Assembly (NCBI GenBank): GCA_003144275.1
Contig: NJBF01000006.1
Coordinates: 77,677-109,676, forward strand
Direction of reading: 5' to 3'
DNA: 32,000 nucleotides
Source: Candidatus Heimdallarchaeota archaeon B3_Heim
GTDB lineage: Archaea > Asgardarchaeota > Heimdallarchaeia > Hodarchaeales > Hodarchaeaceae
The position numbers and the translations under genes are program-made. Shown one piece after another: positions 24,522 to 32,000 of this stretch (the stretch's first letter is position 1; every line of letters starts with the position of its first letter). A model generated the notes under the pieces. The model made no database searches. It saw nothing but the letters and a program-made list of their open reading frames with translations, and was not told where the DNA came from.

Positions 24522-24558
24522 CACATTTGACTAATTCTTTTTTGGAGATTCTTTTCTT

Positions 24559-26142
24559 TTGGCAACTACAAATGGACCAATACCGAACATTTCTTTCGCT
24601 GTTCAGATGAAAAATATTAGTAAAACGTTTCCAGGACCAGTAAAGGCAAATATTGCCGTGAATTTACATATCCAAAAAGGAGAAATTCATGCACTTCTTG
24701 GAGAAAATGGAGCTGGCAAAACTACTTTAATGAACGTCCTTTATGGTCTGTACGGACCGGATCAAACTGAAGATTCATATATATTAGTGAATGGAAAGGA
24801 TGTACAAATTAAGGAACCAATCGATGCAATGAATGTGGGGATTGGAATGGTTCATCAACATTTTATGCTTATCCCAAATATGACTGTTGCAGAAAATTGT
24901 GGTTTGGGAGCTGAATCCACGTTCATAGGGGGAAGGCTAAATGAAATGGAAACGAAGGCTAAAGTCGCCGCGATTTCTCACGAATATAGATTGGATATAG
25001 ACCCAGACATTTTAATAGAAAAACTCCCTGTTGGTTTGCAGCAACGAGTAGAAATTCTAAAGATCCTATATAGAGGAGCGGAAATTCTTATTTTAGATGA
25101 ACCCACAGCGGTTTTGACGCCTCAAGAAGTGGATTCTCTATTTAAAACCTTAAAAATGCTACAAGAAAAAGAAAATAAGACAATAATCATTATTACACAT
25201 AAATTAAAAGAACCAATGGCTCTTGCTGATCGAATTACGGTATTAAGGAGAGGAGAAGTTATTGGTACAGTAGATACAAAAGACACCTCACCAGCTCTAT
25301 TAGCAGAAATGATGATAGGACGAAAATTAATAACAATGACGAAGGATGTCATAAAGAGGGGAGAAAAAGTTCTAGGGATTGAAAATATTGTTGCAGAAGA
25401 TGATAGAAGCCAAATTGCTTTAAAAGGCATATCATTAGAAATTCATGCAGGGGAAATTCTTGGAATTGCAGGAGTGGTAGGGAATGGACAACGAGAGTTA
25501 GCAGAGGTAATTACAGGGTTAAGATCGCTGAAAAGTGGAAAAATTACTCTGAAAAACCTAGATATTACAGGAAAGGATCCAAGATATTTATATGACCATG
25601 GATTGGCTCATATTCCCGAAGATCGTCAAAAAACTGGATCTATTGGAGACTTTACAATTGCAGAGAACCTTATTCTAGGGGTACATCATCAAGATGAGTG
25701 GTACAGCTCCTCGACTAGGGGAGTAACATCAAAAATAATAAAATTTTTTGATTGGAATAAAATCAATCTTACCGCTGCTGACAGATCTGAACGATATGAT
25801 ATTCGAACGCCTACAATATTTACCATTATGAAGTATTTATCAGGCGGCAATCAACAGAAAGTAATTGTTGCAAGGGAACTATCAAAAGAACCCATTCTAA
25901 TCGTAGCAAGTCAACCTACTCGAGGCCTTGATGTAGGAGTAATAGAATATGTTCATAAAAGACTTTTTGAACTACGTGATTCTGGAAAAGCAATCCTTCT
26001 AATTTCAAGTGATTTAGACGAGATATTAACATTATCCGATCGAATTGCAGTTCTTTTTGAAGGAGAAATTGTTGCGATCGAAGATCCCAATGAAACAAAT
26101 GAACAAAGACTTGGGCTTCTTATGGCAGGACACAAGGAGTGA
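24559..26142 (+). CDS. ABC transporter ATP-binding protein with two NBDs (CUT2 nucleoside type, NupA/YufO-like)
   Basis: GENGAGKTT, LILDEPTAVLT, LSGGNQQK, SQPTRGLDVG. Confidence 0.95.
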   Translation: MATTNGPIPNISFAVQMKNISKTFPGPVKANIAVNLHIQKGEIHALLGENGAGKTTLMNVLYGLYGPDQTEDSYILVNGKDVQIKEPIDAMNVGIGMVHQHFMLIPNMTVAENCGLGAESTFIGGRLNEMETKAKVAAISHEYRLDIDPDILIEKLPVGLQQRVEILKILYRGAEILILDEPTAVLTPQEVDSLFKTLKMLQEKENKTIIIITHKLKEPMALADRITVLRRGEVIGTVDTKDTSPALLAEMMIGRKLITMTKDVIKRGEKVLGIENIVAEDDRSQIALKGISLEIHAGEILGIAGVVGNGQRELAEVITGLRSLKSGKITLKNLDITGKDPRYLYDHGLAHIPEDRQKTGSIGDFTIAENLILGVHHQDEWYSSSTRGVTSKIIKFFDWNKINLTAADRSERYDIRTPTIFTIMKYLSGGNQQKVIVARELSKEPILIVASQPTRGLDVGVIEYVHKRLFELRDSGKAILLISSDLDEILTLSDRIAVLFEGEIVAIEDPNETNEQRLGLLMAGHKE

Positions 26143-26148
26143 CAAAGA

Positions 26149-29100
26149 ATGACAGAAACCGCACACGAAAAATTTAGATCCGAAATTTTACGTTCATCAA
26201 GATTTGAGGGACTGAGATCAAAAATTGCCATACCTTTGATTTCAATATTGCTGGCTGTTATTGCTGGTACAATTATTCTATTGTTAATGGCAGAGGATCC
26301 AATCACTTCCTTTTATTACATGACATTTGGAACCATGAAACCAGTCAAAATTGCTGATACACTATTTAATGCGACTCCATTATTATTTACTGGGCTATCT
26401 GTTGCGGTGGCTTTTCGTGGGGGTATGTTCAACATCGGGACAGAAGGACAAATGATTTTTGGAGCTTTTTGTGCGGCATTGGTGGGTTTTGGCCTCCCAA
26501 TGTATTTTAATATCAATTTACCTCCGTATGTTCTGATACCATTACTCTTATTGGTTGGAATGGTAGGAGGAGCTATCTGGGCTCTCGTACCAGCCATTTT
26601 AAAGGCAAAAACAGGGGTACATGAAGTCATTACAACGATTATGATGAATTATGTTGCTTTGACGCTAATGGTTTTTTTTGTTGGTGATCTCAGTTCTCCC
26701 TTTATTGATAGGAAATATCATGGAAATGTATCTCCACAATCTCCAAAAATAGCTGAAACAGGTGTTCTTGACAAAATCTCAACCACATTCATAGGAACTG
26801 TCGTTGAATTTTTATTTGCACCATTTAGAACCTCAAAGTTACATTGGGGTTTTGTTATTGGTATTATTGCCTGTTTTGTTATATTTATTCTGTTATGGAA
26901 AACTCAACTTGGATATGAAACCAGAGCTGTAGGTTTCAATCAATCTGCGTCCAAATATGGGGGAATTAATGTCTCTAATAATCTTATCAAGGTCATGCTT
27001 ATATCTGGTGCACTTGGAGGGTTAGCCGGGGCAATAGAAGTAATGGCGGTTTGGGGAAGGTATGTAAATGGGTTTTCATCTGGATATGGTTTTGATGGTA
27101 TTGCAGTAGCCCTTATTGGAGGAAATCATCCGATTGGTGTGATTTTCGGGAGTATCCTGTTTGGTTGGTTAAAATCTGGTGGTCAGGTACTTCAAATCTC
27201 TGGTACTTCAAAAGATTTAGCTAATGCTTTAAAAGGGCTTATTGTATTCTTTGTAGCAGTTCCCTTGATTGCAAAATCCGTCCTTGATCATTTCAGCGAT
27301 AGTAAAGAATATGAAACTTATCAAGAGGCTAGGAATCAATTTAAAACCCACGAGGGGTTTGAGTCAATTTCTATGATTGAAAAAATTCGTGTACAATCAA
27401 TTCAATATACCAATTTCGTTGTAGGAATATTTTCCACTGAAATTATTCGAATTGTGAACTCTATTCGCGATAATATTAGAATTATCACTGCAATGTTAAT
27501 AATGGCCTTTGGAGCACTACTAGCAGGCTTGATTGCGTCAACACTCGCCCCCTCTATTCAAGAAATTGGAGACAACTTATTTTCTCCGATTTCAGCTCAA
27601 ATTACAAAAATTGAGTTCTTAATACCAATTAATGATTTTCTGACAAACATATTCTCAATTGAAACACTATTTTCAATCCTTCTATTTCTCACTTCTGCAT
27701 ACGGGTATTTTTGGGTGAACCGTTTTGAGAATTCGAAATATTATCGGCGAATGTTCCTGTTCTTTCTAGGTATATTCGGCATAAGTTCTTTCCTAGGTAT
27801 TAACACAATAATTGGCCAAGAACTTACATTACTAGTATTTACTTTAATAATCATGGGTTTTATTGTATATCAGGAATATCTTGCCATTCAAACCAAACCT
27901 GTTGAACAAAGGAGTTTAGATAATTTACAATACACCCCTCAACAGAAAATTGCAATAAGAATTTATTCCTTATTCTCTGGAATCGTAGTTCTATTAATAA
28001 TTGCCTTAATTTACTTAAGTCCTGGTATCATTCCCATTCCGTTTGATTTTGGAGAAGAAATTAAAATAGGGGAGACTTTTGATTTCTTTTTCTTTTCTCT
28101 GAATAATTATGGAGCACTTCTTGGAATTGTGGGATTGGTTTTCTTAATCATCTGTTTTATCGTAATGCTGCGAATTCAATTACCACGAAATCATCGATTA
28201 TCTTATATATTCAACATTCTAGCGTTGATATTCTTTTTCTTCGCTGTTTCAGGTGTGTATAATTTAAATGCTACACTGTTATTCACAATGACCCTTTCCA
28301 TTGCGGCACCAATTGGTTTGGCATCATTAGGAGGAATGTTTTCAGAAAAATCAGGAGTAGTTAATATAGGTCTTGAAGGAATGATGCTAACAGGCGCATT
28401 CGTATCCGTTTGGTTAACATATGAAACTGGAGACCCTTGGGCTGGAATAATTGGTTCTATCGTTGCTGGAGGATTAATAGGTCTTTTACACGCAGTAGCA
28501 TCAATAAAATATCGTGCAGATCAAGTAGTAGTAGGTGTAGCTATTAATCTTCTTGCCTCTGCACTTACTACACTAGGTTTAATCGCTGTATGGAATGTAC
28601 GAGGAACCAGTCCCACGGTAACCAGTCTAACCAATATCAGAATTCCTGTGTTAGAAGCAATTCCTATTATAGGTGATTTGCTCTATGCACTATCTGGGGG
28701 TAAGAATGGGCTATCACCGGTTGTTTATATTTTTCTTTTAGCAATTATAATTAGTTGGTGGGTCATCCAAAAAACTTCTTTCGGATTGAGAGTGCGTGCT
28801 GTGGGAGAACACCCCAGAGCTGCGGATACTCTTGGCATTAATGTATTTTTAATTCGATATATCTGTGTGATGTTGTCAGGTGTGTTAGCTGCGTTAGGTG
28901 GCGCACAACTCACACTAGGTACCGTTCCAATTTTCGTAAAGAATATGACATCTGGCCGTGGTTTTGTAGCCCTTGCAGCCTTAATTTTCGGTGCATGGAA
29001 CCCGATTGGGGCGGCTTTAGCAAGTCTACTTTTTGGGTTTGCATATGCTTTCCGTTTTCAATTAGATTCGTTGGGGATAAGTTGGTTATTCCAAGTAAAT

Positions 29101-29634
29101 TGGCTACCAGCTATAATGGCTGTGCTAGTACTGATAACTTTTATTCTATTAGGCTTAATACTTCTAAGATGGATCATTCGATTCCTTAAGATCGATATCC
29201 TTGGTAAAGAATCTCTTGAGCGTATTACGTTACTTCCTGCTCTTGTTATAGTCTTCATTACTATGCTAAATTTGTCGTACGTTGTTAACGAATGGATACT
29301 CACAGTTTTTCTTGACGATTTTCTTCCAGAAAAATACTCTATCCTTTTTCCACCATTAGAAGTCAATGTAATTGGGATAATTGTAACTTGGGTTGTGATT
29401 CAACTCCTCAGATCTGATCCTCAACAACTTTCTTCACGAATAAGGATCGTTGTGGGTTTAAGCATCTCTCTAACAATAATTGGGATTATTTTCATAATTG
29501 CTCAAACTGATTTATTCTTAGAAAAATTAACACCTACACTACCATTTCTAATTACAATGATAGCTGTCGCGACAGTCGCCAAACGTGGGAAACCACCTGC
29601 TGCTGACGGAATACCCTACATCAAAGAAGGTTGA
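26149..29634 (+). CDS. Fused double ABC permease (NupB-like plus NupC-like) with extra membrane domains, 1161 aa
   Basis: Domain 1: FNIGTEGQ, EVITTIMMNY, GFDGIAVALIG. Domain 2: SEKSGVVNIGLEG, AVGEHPRAADTLG, GRGFVALAALIFG, LPFLIT...PPAADGIPY. One uninterrupted ORF. Confidence 0.9.
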   Translation: MTETAHEKFRSEILRSSRFEGLRSKIAIPLISILLAVIAGTIILLLMAEDPITSFYYMTFGTMKPVKIADTLFNATPLLFTGLSVAVAFRGGMFNIGTEGQMIFGAFCAALVGFGLPMYFNINLPPYVLIPLLLLVGMVGGAIWALVPAILKAKTGVHEVITTIMMNYVALTLMVFFVGDLSSPFIDRKYHGNVSPQSPKIAETGVLDKISTTFIGTVVEFLFAPFRTSKLHWGFVIGIIACFVIFILLWKTQLGYETRAVGFNQSASKYGGINVSNNLIKVMLISGALGGLAGAIEVMAVWGRYVNGFSSGYGFDGIAVALIGGNHPIGVIFGSILFGWLKSGGQVLQISGTSKDLANALKGLIVFFVAVPLIAKSVLDHFSDSKEYETYQEARNQFKTHEGFESISMIEKIRVQSIQYTNFVVGIFSTEIIRIVNSIRDNIRIITAMLIMAFGALLAGLIASTLAPSIQEIGDNLFSPISAQITKIEFLIPINDFLTNIFSIETLFSILLFLTSAYGYFWVNRFENSKYYRRMFLFFLGIFGISSFLGINTIIGQELTLLVFTLIIMGFIVYQEYLAIQTKPVEQRSLDNLQYTPQQKIAIRIYSLFSGIVVLLIIALIYLSPGIIPIPFDFGEEIKIGETFDFFFFSLNNYGALLGIVGLVFLIICFIVMLRIQLPRNHRLSYIFNILALIFFFFAVSGVYNLNATLLFTMTLSIAAPIGLASLGGMFSEKSGVVNIGLEGMMLTGAFVSVWLTYETGDPWAGIIGSIVAGGLIGLLHAVASIKYRADQVVVGVAINLLASALTTLGLIAVWNVRGTSPTVTSLTNIRIPVLEAIPIIGDLLYALSGGKNGLSPVVYIFLLAIIISWWVIQKTSFGLRVRAVGEHPRAADTLGINVFLIRYICVMLSGVLAALGGAQLTLGTVPIFVKNMTSGRGFVALAALIFGAWNPIGAALASLLFGFAYAFRFQLDSLGISWLFQVNWLPAIMAVLVLITFILLGLILLRWIIRFLKIDILGKESLERITLLPALVIVFITMLNLSYVVNEWILTVFLDDFLPEKYSILFPPLEVNVIGIIVTWVVIQLLRSDPQQLSSRIRIVVGLSISLTIIGIIFIIAQTDLFLEKLTPTLPFLITMIAVATVAKRGKPPAADGIPYIKEG

Positions 29635-29682
29635 AGCCTTCTTTCATTTGGTTTTTTCATTGGAAAAGTTGTAAAAACATAT

Positions 29683-30918
29683 GTGTGGATAAATATGGAA
29701 AAAACGATGGTTGGCTTTTTTTCCCCAATTTCAGATGGTGAAAAGAATTTAGAATTACGCAACAAGAGTAAAAAGGGAGGATGGAAAATAATCTTGCCTT
29801 CCGAGGTTGATGAAATCTCGCAAGATCCTGAAGATAATCTTTTGTGGTTTTTTATTGGGACAGGAGGAACAGAAAAGAGTGTAATTGATTATCTATCAAA
29901 GTTCTCTGATAAAACCATTCCTCTCATCGTAACCCATGATCATTACAATTCACTCCCTTCAGGAATGGAAATTAGGAAACATTTGGCGGATTTAGGAAAA
30001 GAAACAAGGATTATCCACGTCGATATGGATAGAATATCTGATGTCCTAAATAAAGAATATTTACTACTTGAAGTCAAGCAAAAATTGCAGGACTATAAAC
30101 TAGGGTTAATTGGTGAAGTTTCTGACTGGTTAATTGCCTCACGAATTGATCCGAAGCGCGTAAAAGATGTCTGGGGGGTAGATTTAATCCCGATACCAAT
30201 CAAGGAGCTAGTTGAAACTATAACTCATCATAGAGATGAAAAATTAAGTGAGACTACCGAACAATTTCTTAAGCATGCACAAGCGACCGATCGAACGGAT
30301 AACCAGATCTTTGAAGCTCAATATGTCGTACAAGCAATTGAGGCTCTGGTAAAGAAATATAATCTTGATGCATTCTCTATTGAATGCTTTTCTCTAATTC
30401 AAGAAACCGATAGCACTTCATGTTATGCTCTTTCTTATTTTAATGACATCGGGCTTGTTGCCGGATGTGAAGGTGATCTTCCTTCCACTTTTACAATGAT
30501 ATTAGCTAAACTCCTTGTAGATAAACCCTCCTTTATGGCAAATGTTATTTCTGTTAGTCCAGAAGAGAATAACGTGAATCTTGCTCATTGTACAGTACCA
30601 CTAACTATGACTGAAGGCTATTCAATCCGATCTCATTTTGAATCAAATAAAGGAGTGGCAATTAAAGGCGAATTTAAACTCAATGAACCAGTCACACTTA
30701 TTAAAATTGGTGGAAGATCGTTGACAGACTGGTGGGTTTCCTCGGGAATCATCCTAAAAAACCAAGATGATGAAGGATGCTGTAGAACTCAAGTTGAAAT
30801 CCAACTCAAGGATTCTGTTAATTATTTTTTACAAAATTCCTTAGCCAATCATCATATAATGATTTTAGGAGATCATCAAGTATTATTTGAGACTTTCCTT
30901 AAACAGTTCTTACAATAA
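29683..30918 (+). CDS. L-fucose/L-arabinose isomerase-like protein
   Basis: DAFSIECF, GCEGDL, LAHCTVP, HFES and CRTQ motifs. The start may be the ATG at 29695. Confidence 0.75.
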   Translation: MWINMEKTMVGFFSPISDGEKNLELRNKSKKGGWKIILPSEVDEISQDPEDNLLWFFIGTGGTEKSVIDYLSKFSDKTIPLIVTHDHYNSLPSGMEIRKHLADLGKETRIIHVDMDRISDVLNKEYLLLEVKQKLQDYKLGLIGEVSDWLIASRIDPKRVKDVWGVDLIPIPIKELVETITHHRDEKLSETTEQFLKHAQATDRTDNQIFEAQYVVQAIEALVKKYNLDAFSIECFSLIQETDSTSCYALSYFNDIGLVAGCEGDLPSTFTMILAKLLVDKPSFMANVISVSPEENNVNLAHCTVPLTMTEGYSIRSHFESNKGVAIKGEFKLNEPVTLIKIGGRSLTDWWVSSGIILKNQDDEGCCRTQVEIQLKDSVNYFLQNSLANHHIMILGDHQVLFETFLKQFLQ

Positions 30919-30932
30919 TTGGAAAAAATAGG

Positions 30933-32000
30933 TTAACTTGCGCGAAGGCGAGAGTTAATAGCCAATCTTTCTAGAGTCATCTTTATTGTATCCTTTACCT
31001 TATCATTTTTCTGCATGTAACCTTCTAAGTAGGCCTTAACTTCATCAGGGTTATTCAACCCAGCTACAGATACAATATTGCTAATAACGCCTTCTAAATG
31101 CATCGGGTGGAGTTCTTCTAATTCAACTATATTTTTCTTGAACCATTCCCACAAATGATCAACTACAAACAAATTTCTCGCTGAGATCATAATTGGGAAA
31201 ATCTTGTTTTTACTTGGAACTTTTTCAATGACATAATCAAGTGCTTTTAACTGGAGATCCTTATCTTCAAAACTACCAATTGCACGAAGAATATTAATCG
31301 TTTCAGGTTCAGGTATGTCTGCACTCTCGAGTTTTTTAATTAAAATAGCAAATGATGAGGGAACTTGTGCAGCTCCAATACGCATTATACTAGATAATAG
31401 ATCAGGGTGAACAGATTTTCCTTCAAGATATTCATTGAATTTTTGGAGGCCAAATTCGGCGACTCCTTCATCATTGAAAAGATAACTTGAAATTAACAGC
31501 GAACTACGTAGATTTGTAACTTGGTGCGGTTCATCTTCTTTGGGTTCATAGCCAATATGTTCTAGGACTTTATAGAACGCTTTAAAGCCAATTGCACTAA
31601 TCCTTTCTCTCCGTGATTCAACAACTTGAAACGCATGAACTAGATTTGCACTCATAGCAACTAAGGGGAGATAATTGTCTTCTTCGGTAAAATATTCCAT
31701 AAAATCCAAATAATCGTCGATAGAATAGTCCTCACTTCTCACAAACGCATAAAGATTATTATGCAAACCATAACGATCTCTTGGGGATAAAACTTTCTGT
31801 TTAACTAATTTTCCAAGCGCATGGAGATTTTTCTTTTCATAAATCACTCGGTAAAAACCTGATTGTTCAAAATTTAATTTGTAAGCGGTTACCCCATCTG
31901 GTAAGGAAATATCCATTGATTTTTCGTTAAATACGAATCTTTGTGTATCAATCAATTGAGTTTCTCTGTAAAATGAAATTGTAAGAGGGATCATCCACAC
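30933..32000 (-). CDS. M1 family aminopeptidase, C-terminal (ERAP1-like) part; 5' end lies outside the window
   Basis: KLNFEQSGFYRVIY and LSPRDRYGL followed by helical repeats; the frame stays open to the window edge. Confidence 0.85.
   Translation of the reverse strand: MWMIPLTISFYRETQLIDTQRFVFNEKSMDISLPDGVTAYKLNFEQSGFYRVIYEKKNLHALGKLVKQKVLSPRDRYGLHNNLYAFVRSEDYSIDDYLDFMEYFTEEDNYLPLVAMSANLVHAFQVVESRRERISAIGFKAFYKVLEHIGYEPKEDEPHQVTNLRSSLLISSYLFNDEGVAEFGLQKFNEYLEGKSVHPDLLSSIMRIGAAQVPSSFAILIKKLESADIPEPETINILRAIGSFEDKDLQLKALDYVIEKVPSKNKIFPIMISARNLFVVDHLWEWFKKNIVELEELHPMHLEGVISNIVSVAGLNNPDEVKAYLEGYMQKNDKVKDTIKMTLERLAINSRLRAS

Noticed and set aside
414-29366. Many 60-117 aa ORFs nested in or antisense to long genes (for example 3491-3694, 13539-13868, 20389-20709, 25953-26306)
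   Set aside because: They are shadow frames of well-supported genes with no motifs or RBS.
30933-32000. Standalone 355-aa protein starting at the window edge
   Set aside because: It is the C-terminal part of an M1 aminopeptidase; the catalytic HEXXH domain would lie beyond the window.
1-32000. CRISPR arrays, tRNA/rRNA genes, transposases, integrases, defence systems
   Set aside because: I saw no spaced repeats, RNA-gene signatures or matching protein motifs, and intergenic gaps are all under about 290 nt. A covariance-model scan would be needed to exclude small ncRNAs.

Overview
AT-rich, gene-dense archaeal window. Archaeal origin is inferred from GGTGA/GGAGG ribosome-binding sites, a DGGR-type geranylgeranyl reductase and a Thermococcus-type phosphopentomutase-like enzyme. 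An Asgard (Heimdallarchaeia-like) host is plausible but not demonstrated. In order, the window holds: (i) a uppP / YdjM-like hydrolase / small Cys-rich protein group; (ii) a minus-strand 11-subunit complex I-like operon (nuoA-B-C-D-H-I-J-K-L-M-N, no nuoEFG or fpoF) that runs directly into a geranylgeranyl reductase family gene; (iii) a divergent B12-binding radical SAM gene, a small winged-helix protein, a TPR-like protein, an M24 peptidase and an MFS transporter; (iv) a nucleoside uptake and catabolism cluster (phosphomutase, uridine phosphorylase, PfkB kinase, BMP-type ABC transporter, fucose-isomerase-like protein); (v) the 3' part of an M1 aminopeptidase. The strongest anomaly is in NuoL: its lateral amphipathic helix carries three units with an exact 26-residue period, about 52 residues more than canonical. 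Such extensions are associated with extra proton-pumping subunits, yet the operon encodes only one NuoM and one NuoN. The second is a 1161-aa ABC permease that fuses both permease paralogs and adds two unexplained membrane blocks. I saw no rRNA, tRNA, CRISPR array or mobile element. All assignments are motif-based from reading the sequence; no database search was run.
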